DNA of 63,146 nucleotides, filler included, from Reticulomyxa filosa (Eukaryota; Protista; Foraminifera), in the NCBI GenBank assembly GCA_000512085.1. It is 13 parts of 13 records of this genome, joined end to end, with 100 filler letters (N's around TTAATTAATTAA, not from the genome) between each part and the next. Parts side by side here need not be neighbours in the genome. Positions count along the whole stretch, not along the records: positions 22,205 to 48,442 come from ASPP01020097.1; 12 more parts are not named here. One strand, 5' to 3'. Below, one piece after another: positions 22,205 through 35,987 of this stretch. Numbering within the stretch: position 1 is the stretch's first letter; each line of letters starts with the position of its first letter. The notes under the pieces are model-generated. The model was not told the DNA's origin. It searched no databases and worked only from the letters and a program-made list of their open reading frames with translations. Position numbers and translations under genes: made by a program.

Positions 22205-25200
22205 GTTGTATATGTGGCCCAACCGTATATTCTAGAGGCACTGGATCAAAATAATGACAATGATGACAATGAAAATAACAATAAGGCATTGGAATCGCTG
22301 CCATTGAACACAGCTGAAATAGTGCAAAATATCGAGCGAAGACAAAGAAGAAAGTGTGACAATATCGAACGACACACGGTCAAGCAACTCTCGGTTGGAA
22401 TGCATTGATGAAATTGACAACGACAATGAGGACGAAGACGAAGACGAAGAGAAGAGGATAACAATGACATGGAACAACGTGAAGAGTGGAAAGAAAAGAA
22501 AAGCAAAAGCGAAGAAGCAACTACATCACATGCATATCCAACAAGCACGGTGTCGTCTCCCCAAAAACAAGGCACCAATCAGGGAAACACTTGTTCCAAA
22601 TCCAACGCATTCACTGGCACAAACAACACCACAACGATAGCAAGTCAGAACACTACAAAAAAAGGGGTCAGAAGAAGTACCGCAGTTGTATTGGATCTGC
22701 CTCGAGGCAATGCAAAGCCACCACCCATTCTCAAACCTTTGGACCTCTCAACAATACATGACTGGGTTTTGCATGACATTTGTGAGAGAATCAATGTCGC
22801 TGTCCGTTTATGTTGTGTGAAAGGGTCAAGAAAATCTTTTATGGAAACGGCTCTTGCTGGTGTGTGTGTGTGTGTAGTGCTTATAACTTTTTTAAAAATT
22901 TTTTTAGATTTTTTTACGCATAACACAATTTTCATTCTTTTTTCCTCCCCTCCATTTTAAGGTGGCTGTAAACTGCTGCATTTTGTTGGCTACGCCGACT
23001 CAGCAGGATATTTATTGCTCGAGTCATCGAGCGTATATGGAAAAGGTAAATGGGTTTCGCACTTGGAATTATCAAGTTGGATTGACCCACGCGTCACAAA
23101 ATGTGTCTTCATTCAAACCCCGACCCCACGGTCAGCTGCAAACACCTTTTTGAAAGCTGGTGTGAAACATGTCGTATCCGTGAAGTTGCGAAGCAACGGC
23201 TTTAGCAGTCATGCCACCCAATTTACGTTACAGTTTTACAATGCCATTTTAAATGGTTGTACTATTCAACGGGCCTTTGATACTGCAAGACATATTGCTT
23301 TAATGGGATTGACACAGTTTTCTTTCTTTTTCCCCCCCCCCCCTTCAGTATTTGAGCCATCTGAATACTAACCAAATTACAGGCAAGAGAGTGAAGAAAT
23401 CAGTTCGAAATTTCGTTTGTGGCCACCATCTTCAACGGATATTTACGAACATGAACTTGCACTTTTCCCGAACCTGGTATCAGGATCTCCAATCGACAAA
23501 TCGCAAAAACTGGCATGGACGAATATATTACCAACTCGTCCATTTTTAGGAAGATGGATTGATATGCAAACGATTATGAGTTCGCTTTCCGAATTTAGCG
23601 CTTTGGTTGTCCATGGTGCAGATGGCATTGGACGTAAAAGCACTGTCGGTGAGACTTTTTTTTTTTTTTTTGGCTAGTGTGGTGTGATCATAGTTATCTA
23701 ATCCACACATGTAATGTCCATATTCATATATACATATATGTATATGTGTATTTATGTATATGAGTGTGTAGGCATGGCGTTGCGCTACTTGTGGGAACGT
23801 AATCGATTCCCAGGAGGCGCAATACTAGTAGACATGCAAGTTGGGGACTCAGAGTTGTACATGAAACCAGAAATATGCCGACATTTTGTCGGAAGAAAAT
23901 TGAAAGAGACTGGAATTGATATTAACTTAATGAGTCTGTACAGTGACAATGATTTAATTTTGCAAATTGAAAAGCACACCCAACAACATGGGGCTATTGT
24001 GGTTGCTTTAGTCAACTTTGACAAAGCGTTATTTAACTTGAAAGATCGCATCAGCTTCCTACAAAACTTTACCAAATGCGCAGATCAAATCCAGTGTAAA
24101 TTGGTTATTACCTGTGAATCGAACTCATTGTCCATGGAATGTAGTCGTAAGTTGCGTTGTTCCTACGATCTTGTGCCCTTGCAGCATTTGGAAAAGGAGC
24201 TCTTGGCGCAATTGTTTGTTGAAATTACAGGTATGTTTTTTCTTTTCTTCTTTTTTGTTAGCATTACAATTTTGGAAATAACTTTGTTTAAAAAATAGAA
24301 AGAAGAGAATTTGATGTTTCAATATCAAAAAAAAAAAAAAAAAAGGGATCACTACAAATTGCAAGAGCTATTGCAACATCGAGAGTTGATGAACTTGTTT
24401 GAAATGAAACCGTCACAAGTGTGTCGAGTTTCGCAATATACATTGTGCATAGTGGATGAACGATTACAAGAACGCGAAAAAGAACAAGAACAAGAACAGG
24501 AACAGGAACAGGAACAAACGACTCCAATCAAATATGTAAATGATAATTCCAAAGTTCAATTGTTGAATGACCAAAGTGGAAGAACAGCAAGTTTGATTCC
24601 CCAATTGAAGCCTATCCATTCATTGACGCATCGCAGTTTTCACAGCATGAACCGCCATGATTCTGGTATTTTCCCGGTGGATCATCACTCTTTGTCTAGC
24701 AGTGATAGTCTTCATCCCAACTCAACTGCTCAACTGCAAATGCGTTTATCCAATGTGATGAGGCACGATAGCAATAGCAATTGTAACAGTAACAGCAATT
24801 GTAATTCCAATAGTAACAGTAACAGAAACAGTAATAGCAAAATGAAAAGCAGGGACAGTGACAAACACACATTAACGGATTCCAAAAGCAGTCGAAGGGA
24901 TTCCAATGATAATGCCGCAGACGATTACAATCCATACTGGCCTTGTTTGGATGAAATCGTCGCGCGATATTGTCACGAGCTTAGCTCGCATAAAACTACA
25001 GAGTCCAAATCTTTGTTCCCCGCTACACTTGTTGAATCTCCCCTCCCTGTTGATAATGCTCTGACTGATAGAACTGGGTATAATTTTTTTTTGTTTGTTT
25101 TGTTCTTGTACATTTTGAATTTCATATCTGACACCAATACACACATACCACGTATATATGTGTATAGAACAAAACGATTAACAGTAAAAGGTTCTGAAGC

Positions 25201-26022
25201 AATCACCGGTTCGCAACGCTTGTCAAAAACGGTAATAAGTGGTATCCGCATCGAAAATTTGTTGCAAGAAAATTATTTGCACTGCGATGACGAATGGTCA
25301 GAAAAGTGTTTGTGGGCAAAGTGTTTGAAAAGCAACAGTAACAATGAGGATAAGTTTGCTTTGTTTGGCCAAATAACTTCAGTACTTCAACAATTTTTTA
25401 TCAACCGAACCAGCAACCACTTCTTGGCGCAACATATATCACCGGATAAACTATTTTCGTTCCTGTCCCATCCTCATTTCGACTTGACATTGAATCCGCA
25501 ATATGCAAATAACAACAGAATTTCGCAAGAACAGTTCCACACGATTTACGAGTGGTTCAAAGGTATCTGTTTGATTGTCACCGAGTCAGATCGGGTTTGG
25601 CAACATTCGGAACTTGAGTTTCACGGATTTTTCCCAAAGGATGAAGTGGATGAGGTTTTACAGGTTTGTTTGTCTTTTTTTCTTTTTGCATAATGATCAA
25701 TAATACAACACTATGAGGGCTGTCATGACTTTTCCAGAAATTTCCCCTGGGAACCTTCATTCTTCGCTTTACTTCGTCTCAAAACAACGGCGTGGATTTA
25801 TGCTATCGGCAAAAGTCTTCGCGCGGAATTAACCATGTACTGATGATTCGACAACAAAATGGAATCTATTATCCACTCAATGCCGATCATGGAGAAAGAT
25901 TGGATATTATTATTTGCAGATGGAAAGCTTTAGAATACGTCTACCATCCAGGGGGAGTTAAGCCGAAACAAAAAGTTTTCGAACAAACTCATGTAAGACA
26001 AAAAACGTCACGCGTTTGGTAA
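22205..26022 (+). CDS. CHAT-like domain - degenerate STAND/NB-ARC NTPase - STAT-type linker-SH2 protein, spliced, 5'-truncated
   Basis: CHAT: LLHFVGY..GYLLLE, CVFIQT, FLKAGVKHVV, ATQFTLQFYNAILNG.TIQRAFDTAR. NTPase: FLGR..MQTI...VVHGADGIGRKS...RFPGGAILVD. SH2: YEWFKG...W....FHGFFPKDEV..L..FPLGTFILRFTSS...LEYVYH....PKQKVF. Confidence 0.75.
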
Positions 26023-26427
26023 TGAAACGAACTTTCAAACGTACCTTTTTATTATTTTTTAATTTGCTTATTTTTTTTGTTCAGTGTAATCTATGCAGCT
26101 GTGATTTTCTTTGCCTTGGAGGGAGGAGCATTGTATCATCATTTGCGTTGTAGACAGCGTCAAGAACCGGATTTCTTTCATTGATTTTTTGTTTTTTTTT
26201 TTGTGTTTGTTTGTCTTATAATCTTTTTTTGAAGAAAGTTCTCAAAACCAAAGAAAATACTTTAAAGGAGACTTCCTTTTTAATTTGAAGGAGACAATTG
26301 CGATTGTGGGAGTTTTTTTTTTGGTTTTTATTTTGTTTTTTATCTGAGTAAATTGAAATTGGTTATTTTTGAACTAGGACTTTTTTCCTCCCTATTTTTT
26401 CTGTTCTAATTTATTGTTAATAAATAA

Positions 26428-28841
26428 ATGCATGAAAATTTTGAATCTGTAATCTCGGTACTGCTGACTTGCTCTTCTCTTAGCCGTCTGCTGACAACAA
26501 CAGAATTATGCTCCTTAGAGATAGCACTCAATTTTCAGGTGACAGGAGGAAAAATAAGCGAGAAATGCCAGCGTGTCAAAGCACTTAGTCGCTTAAGATA
26601 CCAAATTGATAACTACTGTCGAATAAGCTGTCAGCACCAATTTTACGAAAGTATGTCAGCAATAAAGAATGATAACAAGAACTGTCCAAGTCCATTGCCC
26701 GGAGAAACATGGCGGCATCTGTGGCATTATATGGTATACTTGAATAAAAAATGCAAAATCTCAAAGAAGCCAGCATCATTAACTACTGGCCATTGTTTGT
26801 TGCTATTGACATATCATTACGAGCACCCAGACCCAACACACTTTTTGGAAAGCCTGCAATTGAATGAATTTGCATCAAAGTTACATCAAGTAGTGGCGCT
26901 TATTCATCAATTTGAAGAAGACGTGCTATCTCGCATTCAAATTAAGTTTGACTTATGTGCTATATATTCGTTCTCCAACAACTACAACAAAAGGAGAGAT
27001 AAATACATTCGTTTTTATAATTGTTGAGAAAGGGTTCTTTGTGCGTCAGTCACTCATATGTGCACATACTATAATCTCTCATTGTGATATATCCCACGTA
27101 TACATAGTGCGTTCAGATGTAAAAGTGATGGGTTCACCAAAGATTTGTTCGATGATATGCAACAAAAATGGAAATTGTATCACGAAAGTCAATTCCAGCG
27201 TGTCAAAAATTATTTCAGTGGTGTGTATACGTATTCGTATGCGTATACCTGTTGATCACTTTAAAATAAAATGCAATAAAATAATTATGAAAAACATAAC
27301 AAAGGAACGAAACTGAACGACAGTCAAATTGAAAAATTCACAGATATTGATGCAAAGAGTCAATATTATCAAACCGAAAGCATTACATTCTACCATCACA
27401 GCAATATAAATGTGCGACTAAGACAGTATTGTATGGCAAAGCTATTGGGCATTTTCGATGATTGGAAAGCCTTTTTCACTGCTCTACAAGTTTGTGTAAA
27501 ATGAATGAGAGAGATATCAGAAACAGAAAATAGATGAATAAAAGTTATATATAAACCAAAATGTGTATAGGATATCGGTGATTACTTTTTGAGATTGTAT
27601 CAAGAAATAAACGGTCAATCTTCATCAACAAACGACAAAAATACAAGTGAATATCAAAATGAAAATGAAAATAAAAGTGAAAAGGAAGACACAAAAGAAA
27701 ACGCATTGCCTGTGATGGATTTGTATCGTCGCTCCTATGTGCAATTGATTACAGATATCACAGAAGCCACAGTTTCGCACAGCTATGCACAAACGTACGT
27801 AAGTTCGAATGAAGAGGATTTCAGTCCAATAGCTTATTGCATTACGTCTTGTGAGGAAGCTATCAAATTACAATCAAAACATTCACCTTTGGATCCTTGC
27901 TTGTCCTTGGAATCTTCTCAAAACATCTCTGATATTTTTAAGTCGAATCTACTTGAATGCAAAGAATTTTTTCTATTAAGTTATACTTTTTCCATCGTAT
28001 CATGCACTTTCATATCTTATATTTTTGATCCGAAATGGGAAGTAACAAGTTTCTCCTAATATATAAAACGAAATGAACACGAAAGACAAACTAAAAATGG
28101 CATTGACGCAAGCACTTGCCCTGACAGCTCAAGCTGCGGGACTAGGTGCACTCCCTATCAAATTTGTAGACTCGATGCCCTTATTCGATGATCAGTTCAA
28201 GGCTGCTAAGCTAATGTGTTCTGAAGTTATACAAAAAACAGCACAGTTAATGCAACATTTGGAGCCCGATGCTTCAGCTAAAGTTAATTTATTTGACACT
28301 TTTTCTTTTTCTCAAGCCTTTATTGGTTGAAAAACAAAATATAATAAAGTCTTCAAACGATTCATTCGCTCTCAAAGATGATCTTTCATTGGACTTCTTA
28401 TCACTGCATCTAAAAAAAAGAAAAATGTTACAAATTATTAAGCTGCAACATTATGAAATGATGGGAATATTAGGTGAATTGTCGTTTTGTGCATCTACTG
28501 TGGCGTTTCGGGGTGATCGTCCTGTGCTGTCTAAATCGGGGGGAAGTTTATGTCTGGACAGCGTTTTACACACGAGTACAGCAATCCAGAATATTGATAA
28601 TTTAAACAGTGATTCCAAGGACAAAAATAAGTTCATCGTAATGCGATTGAACAAAGACTTAGGAAAAATGTTTAATTATTTCGAAGAGCTAAGACGTTTT
28701 GGAGTTTTAATGTCCGAAGAATTCAAAGATTCAACTAAATTAAGAGAATCAGCATTTGAGAACGCTTTGAAAATTTGTGTCAATCTTTTTGGGAAAAAGC
28801 ACAGTGCCTACCAAAATATTTGCCGTTTAATGAATTCCTAA
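26428..28841 (+). CDS. Hypothetical multi-exon, mostly helical protein
   Basis: Chain of + strand coding-like ORFs separated by intron-like stretches. The C-terminus ALKIC..LFGKKH is weakly TPR-like. Confidence 0.55.
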
Positions 28842-29609
28842 TGAGTTTTAATACATTTTCAATTTCACTGTCACTGTCACTTTTTTAATGTATTGTTTAA
28901 AGGTGCAAAAAATTACCAGTTAAAAAATTAACAGTTTGAAACTTTTTGAAGCAATACTTTTTCAAAAATTAACAAACAATTTTACTTCTCGTTCTTGCAT
29001 ATAATTTCAACTTGTTAAAACTATCCACATTTTTTCGTTTGCCGCCACTGTATGTTTTTTGTAAAGATTCTTTTAGGAAAAATTTATTAAAAAGTAATAA
29101 AATAAAATTTTGAAGTATCAGCTTATATCTTTTTATAGGTCATCATAAGACAATCTTTGTTGTCTTTGCAGATAACCGCATCAATGTTTGTCATCATTCA
29201 GCTTGTAACTTCCTCTCAACAAATAGCTTAACTTCAAAAGGCACTTTTTTCCGAAATTGCGGTTAAGCGGTCATTTGTGATATCATTTTTTTTTTACCAT
29301 TCTCGTATTTTTTTTGTTTTGTTTAGCACTTTCCATGCAATCAACAAAAAAAAAAGATTAAACAAGAAATCACGTCACGTGTTTTTTTTTGAGCGCAGGT
29401 CCCTTGCTTGTTTCATGGCATAAAGACTTGTGTTATTTCTTATTTAAAGCAGATAAAGTTGCTAAACTTTAAAAACTTCAAAGATAGATTTGCATTTGGT
29501 ACACTTTTTTATGAAAAGATTATTACATAAGTAAATTTTCGACTAACGTTAATCACAAACGAGTCAAAAGGGGAATTAGCTGAATTTTATTTTTTGAATA
29601 TGTTTTGAA

Positions 29610-32600
29610 ATGGGCCAACCGCTTTCGAAATCACTCAACTCTCCAGCTATTCAAGAGCGAATTCTGCTCTTTTTTCATGACGTATATGAACTATTTTCTG
29701 AGCTTGTGCAAATTTTCCGCGAATTCGTGCAATCGAAAATACCAGTGCAATTTTCAAGAGCACCAGTAACGACCGCTACATTATCATTATGGTCCTTGTT
29801 TGTAGTACTATTATCCAAAATCTATTCCAAAATGATAATACTGTGCAAATTTTTGTTGTGGTTGCTCGCACCAGATTTAATGCTCAAATTGGGCTTGCGA
29901 CATTCCGTGTTGTTTTCAATATTGTTCTTCACACCTTTTTTTTTCCGAAAAATTCTGAAGCCGTTGGTACGTAATATGGACTTCAAAATATTTTTTAGAT
30001 TGATACATGGGCAAGAGTGGTTAAAAAAATATAAAAAACTGTTATACAAAGACTTACCGTTTAAGTGCAAAACATTTGGAGATTACAAGGGTATAGCCAC
30101 CCAACTGGATGAAATGGATGGATTATATGAATGGAAGGTTAATCACGTGGACAAATCTTACGATTATAAACGAATCAAAGCTGATTTAAATGAACTACAA
30201 AAGTTAATTCACAACGTGAAGTGGCACCGACATCAATTGGATGGGACGAATATACTTGACGAGAACGAATCAAAAGTGCCAAACTTCCAGGACAAAGAGG
30301 ACGATAAAAAGACCAATAAAAAAAAAAAAAAAAGCTGACGACGGGGCAAAAAGATCCCACAACGACAGTAGTGATTTTGAAAATGAGTTGGAGAGACCTG
30401 TTTTGTTTTTCTTTGATTATAACCAAAAAAAATTCATTAATAATTATAAATGTGTACATGAATCCCCCCTCATTCATTCACATTTATACAACAATATGTA
30501 TATGTACACATACAAATAAATATTCATGTATCAATGTGTATATGTGTATGTGCAATGGGCTTGGTTGAAGAAACGCTATGATAGCAGTGATCCGGTAAGT
30601 TTGATGCAAAAATCATCTCGTTATGTCTTCCATTCGAATATTCGAAATCACGATCGAGGTGTAAGTACACAAGAAGCTGACGCTTCTTCGCAAGCATTGC
30701 AAAGCTCTTTGCAACGTCCCTATCTGCCCTTGCAAGAATTGATGGAATTTGTTCGGTCACGCATTATGCGAAATTACTGTGGTATTAACAATGCTGAATT
30801 GTATTCTGTCACTAGGATTGGCACCAAAAAATTAATTACTGATTTTAATGATCACATCATCCAGGCCTTAGAAGCCATTGCCAATACTGAGGATCCTGAT
30901 ATCACTGTCTCTGAAAAAATTGTCTTTTTCCAAGAAACAAGACATGGTTCTTTTTTTTTTTTTTTTCAATTTGTTTTTTGTCATATTCTTTCATTTTGTT
31001 TTTTCCTTTTTTAAATTTTTTTTTTTTTTTGGTAACGTTTACTTGTCACAGTACTTGGACGAAGCGCATTGTTGCTCTCTGGTGGAGCGGGATTAGGTAA
31101 GTATGCAACAACATCGTTTCGTGATGCAAACCATAAATTTGTAACTATTTGTGTTTGTGCAACAGGTGTATTCCATTTTGGTGTCGTGCTCGCATTAGCG
31201 CGCAAAAATTTGATGCCGAAAATTATTTGTGGATCCAGTGCTGGGGCTATCATTGCATCTATTGTTGCAACCAAACCAACAGATGAAATGATCGCTTTTA
31301 TTACCGATCCAAACAAACAGCATTTGAATTATTTACGGAAAGAAAGTCACAAAACATGGTTGGAAGCATGGGCTGTTCATCTGAGGTCTGTTGGCGACTA
31401 TATTGTTTGTGTATATGTACACTTGGTATGTATACACATTTTTTTATTTTATCGAATATTCTCTTCATTGCCGTTGTTCAAAATAGACGTTTGTGGAGAA
31501 CTGGAAATTTGTTGGATGTCATGGTGTTACGTGAAGCCGTGCGAGCCAACATTGGCGATTTGACGTTCTTAGAAGCCTATGAAAAGACGGGACGAATATT
31601 GAACATCACAGTGACTGGAGCTGATGCCAATTCAATGCCACGGCTCCTCAACTATTTAACTGCACCAAACGTGGTTATATGGTCAGCAGTTGTTGCATCG
31701 TGTGCTATTCCATTGGTATTTGGTCCTCAAGAATTATACGTAAAACAAACAACTTCTGACTCCTTTGGCAACGAATCCTCCATGATTCATCGTGTGTTTT
31801 TACAAGGTACATGTTTTCTCCTCTCTTGCTATTGTTACTGTACATCTTTTCAAATTATAAACCAACTTTTATACATTTGGATAGAAGTATAACTAAAAAA
31901 CAACTGGACATTGACAGGCGTAACTTTTTCAGATGGATCAATTGCACACGATTTACCAATGAACCGATTGCAACAACTGTTTAACGTTGACAATTTTATT
32001 GTAAGCCAAGTTAATCCTCATTTAGTGCCTTTCTTATTTCATAGCATTAAAGCACCAATTCCATTGTTTGATCGATTATTCCGATTCTTAGGAAATGAGT
32101 TCCACTTGTACATATCTTCTTTATTGGTCAATTTAAGGTATGAAATTTATTCTTTGTGTTGATTCTGATGTTGCATAACTATATCATTGAATAACAAACA
32201 AAAGAGAGCTCGGTATTTTGCGCGGATTTCAAACATTGGATATGCTAATTTCTCAACGATATACTGGAGATGTGACTATTGTCCCAGACGTCAAATCTTC
32301 CGACTATTTCAAGCTGCTTTCCAATCCTTCACCCAACGATGTTTTGCAATGTATAGACTTATCACAGCGAGCGGTATGGAAAATGATGAGCCGAATTGAA
32401 GGATTGTGCGCCATTGAAATATGCTTGGATGATTGTTTACAAAAATTGCGCGCAGAAGCATTATTGCTGCAATCACGAATAAATGAGCAATTAATTTATT
32501 CGTCAATGAACAACTTAGCTGATTTAACGTCACCACACGATGTTGGTGTTATTCATGAAGACGCTCAAGATGAGTCGAATACTAATGTAGAACAGAAAAA

Positions 32601-32978
32601 CATTCGTCCCAAAAGCAACATGGTAAATTTTACATTGTATCTAAATATGTTCCTATTTTTTGTGAGTAGCTAAACTAGAAAACTTTTGCTCTTGAACAGA
32701 ATCGCATCAGCTCGTTTCAGGCTCCTATACGTGGAGAATTGTCTACATCCTTTCTAGTAAATAATATGCAATCTCTAGGAAGGCTTCATCTTCCAGTATC
32801 TCTCTTACCAACACCCAAATCAACACAGCCAATACGTTCAAGTGTTGAAATAGAGAGTGATCCAGGGAATGGCGTAGGTAACAATAAACTGACCACAAGT
32901 AATTCCTTGGAAAAATTAGGCACCAACAATTCCATACGAAATACAACAGGTCAGCTAAATTCTCTTTCGGATGTGTAA
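29610..32978 (+). CDS. Patatin-domain triacylglycerol lipase (SDP1/TGL4-like), spliced
   Basis: ALLLSGGAGLG..HFGV oxyanion motif, GSSAG nucleophile, GDLTFLEAYEKTGRILNITV, LLNYLTAPNVVIWSAV, DGS..DLPM.RL..LFNVDNFIVSQVNPH. Confidence 0.93.
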
Positions 32979-33612
32979 ACATGACATAAACTAGATCATT
33001 TGTTTTGTATTTTATTCCTTCAAGATGCATTACCAAGTGATAAAAACAAAAAACCGGTTGGCCGAAGTCTGAGTATGACAGAGTTGGTCTCTGATGTAAG
33101 TCAGTTTTCGTAAATGTACCCACAGTCGATTGTTTTATTTTAATATGGCATATCCTTTTCTGCAAATTTAAAAAAAGAGGGAATGGGAAAAAAAGCGCCT
33201 CAGAAGAGTATCGGTGTTTTGTGATTTGCCTGTCACTGAGCAAAGTATTTTGCATTTACAAATTATTTTCAATTGATTGTTTCTTCCACAAATGATTCCT
33301 ACATCTTTTTAAATCTATCTTGCCATAGTCTCAAATTGGAAGATTTCCTTTTTGTATCAGCACGATATCTACAGTTAAATATAAAACCAAAAAGCACGTT
33401 CTACAAAAATATGTTGGCCACACATTGGTTGGAAGAAAACATTCAAAATAGCCTGAAGTTCTTGGATTTACAGACAATTGCAACCTTGCTTAAGGTGCTA
33501 TGCTACTTAAAGTAAAATTTATCTTTTCTGTTCATAAAATTTTCTAGCATTTGAGGAAGTACGACGATGAACAACAATTAAATGCATTGAACAACAACAA
33601 TCAAGACAATGC

Positions 33613-35564
33613 TTAAATCTTGTCAATTATTAGATTTGTTAATTTTTGTCGCAACCAAGTTAAATTTAAAAGTTTCAAATTGAATTGTAAACGGCCTAAT
33701 TTCCTTTTAACTTCTGCATTCCTATGTCGAAAGTTTATTAATTCTTTGTTGCCGTTGTAAATTGGCAAGAAATTGTTCAAATTGTGCCAATTTTTGTTGG
33801 AATTCGATCGGATTGGTATAGAGTGTGTCCGAATGTGGGCCAAACTGTGACATGTATATATGTGGTGAAGAGGGGGGAAAAATATATATAAATATGGATC
33901 AACTCAACATTTTTATGGTCGAAATATTGCTCAATCGTGGTGAAGCAAACATTACAAACGGGACAATAGACACAAGGCGTAGTTGGATAATACAAAGGCA
34001 AGCAAAAAGACAATTCTTGAAGTTTACAGAAAATTTGGACAGATATTTGAGAAGAAAGGCCTTGATAAAAAATCGAAGTGGTGGCATTGTTGATAGTTGG
34101 AATATTTGGTGGATGTGTTTGCGTCAATTTTATTTTCTTTGAAGGAGAGGGGTTAACGCTCATAGAATTGGATGGAAGCTTAAGGTTAGAACTTTTTGAT
34201 GGCTGCTGTTTTGTCAAATGCTTTTGAAATGATTTAATCCCAGGATGTATTTTCGAGTGTTCCGCAGAAAGATAGTGCTGAATAATTTTTTCAAACGAGG
34301 AAAAATCCATTTGGCAAGGAACACAAGTAAAATTATTGTCCCTACACATCATTTTTTTTATATGTCTTTGAGATGCAAGATGTTGTTGTACAGCATTGTA
34401 ACCATTAAATCGTTTTTCACAACAATTGCACATTAAAAGTGTATCATCTGCTACAGGTTTTTTGTAGTTGATTCCGCGTTGTGAAACATTGGAGATAACA
34501 CGAGGGAATGTCCGAATGCCATCATTATTTTTCCTTTTTTTTGTTGTTGTGGTTGAAGAGAATTTGAAAATAGTCTCAATATGACCATGTCATATATTAC
34601 ACGTGCATATATCGTTTCTATTGTAGTAGGTGCCACATGATATGTGTGAGCACGTAATATGGACTATCTACATACCTAATCCTTCCCCAGGTTTAAAACC
34701 ATACTTTTGCATTAGCTTCATTCCATATTCGCTGACGACAGAGAATTGCTGCTCGTTTTTTATTGGTAGATGCAGGGAATGATTATTGCTATCAAGTTTT
34801 TTTGCCCCGTAGTTGTTTGCCCAGTTGTAGTGTATTCCACGCCATCATAAAGAGTTGCCCCCTTTTCAAAATGATTAAAAATATTTCCAATTGTCTGTTT
34901 TTCATTGCTTTTATCCTTGCTGTTTTTACTATTGTTACTGCCATTGTGATTGTCATTAGTCCCATTGGTTGCCTTTGGATAAGCTGCTGATTCACTATTT
35001 TGGAATTGCGAGTTTTCTTTTTGAAAATTTAATTGATTTCCCCCATTTGTCTTTTGTTCATTTGTACTCGGCCATTCTCCATTCCATACATTGCTATTGT
35101 CAGTGAGGCTGTGTCCATTCTGTTTTGAATGCGTGTCTTTTGAATTTGTTTCTGCACGATTTAAGTTAGCCTTTTTCAATTCAAAAAAATTTCTTTGCTA
35201 CATCTTGAATGTGCGTTATCTTTTTGTTGATCACTCTTGCAAAAAAAAAAAAAAACTTTACATTAAATTGTGATACTTTTATTCTTTGAACAATTGGTAC
35301 ATTTCCTTGATATTCATGATCGTTTTTCACCCTTGTTTTGCTTTCTGATTCAATATCTCTTACTATTTCTTGGCTAGTCTTTTTGGTTGGCAATATCGAA
35401 TTTTCTATTTTGGTACCGTTCTGACTAGATGGTACTGCCGTCTGATTGCCTGTTAACCTCTCTGGTCTGAAATAGGGTTTTGCATCAGGAGGAGGCGGAC
35501 AAGAAGGGGGTGGAGGCTTTACTGCTGGGGGAGAAGGCACAAAATAGAAATTTGAAGCACTCAT
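33613..35564 (-). CDS. G-patch plus U1/JAZ-type zinc finger protein, spliced
   Basis: A G-patch missed by the ORF track spans an intron: YGMKLMQKYGFKPGEGLG|KNNDGIRTFP..RGI (about 34470-34735). Fingers follow: CNCC..QHLASQRH, CVPC..QHYLSAEH, CPVC..DH. Confidence 0.8.
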
Positions 35565-35987
35565 TCCTCCTTATAATTCGGTTATTGTGCCTTTTTTTAG
35601 ACTGGGACAGGTTAACGTCAAAACATAGTACTTTTTGAATCGGTTGCGCCAACAACCGTAACTGATATTATTTGAATTTGACACTCTTCAAAAAATTCAG
35701 GTTGATGACAACCTCAGTCACGTGAGAGCCTCAAAACAAAAATTTGCTTCTGAAATTTTTTATGCAAGTCGAAACGCGACATGCGCAAAATTCAAGCCGC
35801 TAGCGATGTAAAACAAAATCGATTAAAATGAGAAACAAGGCAGTCAATATTAAGTTGAAGTTTGCAACTTCAGTTCAAAGTAGAACTGTGTTTAAATTAC
35901 AAAAATCAGTCCACCTACCGGCTGACTTGTTCAAACTTAATAATTCATTGAGGAATAGCATAAGATGACTCCAAAAACACTGTCACT

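Noticed and set aside
29374-29381. GTCACGTG E-box upstream of the lipase (also 35717-35725)
   Set aside because: Short motif with no statistical or functional support in this window
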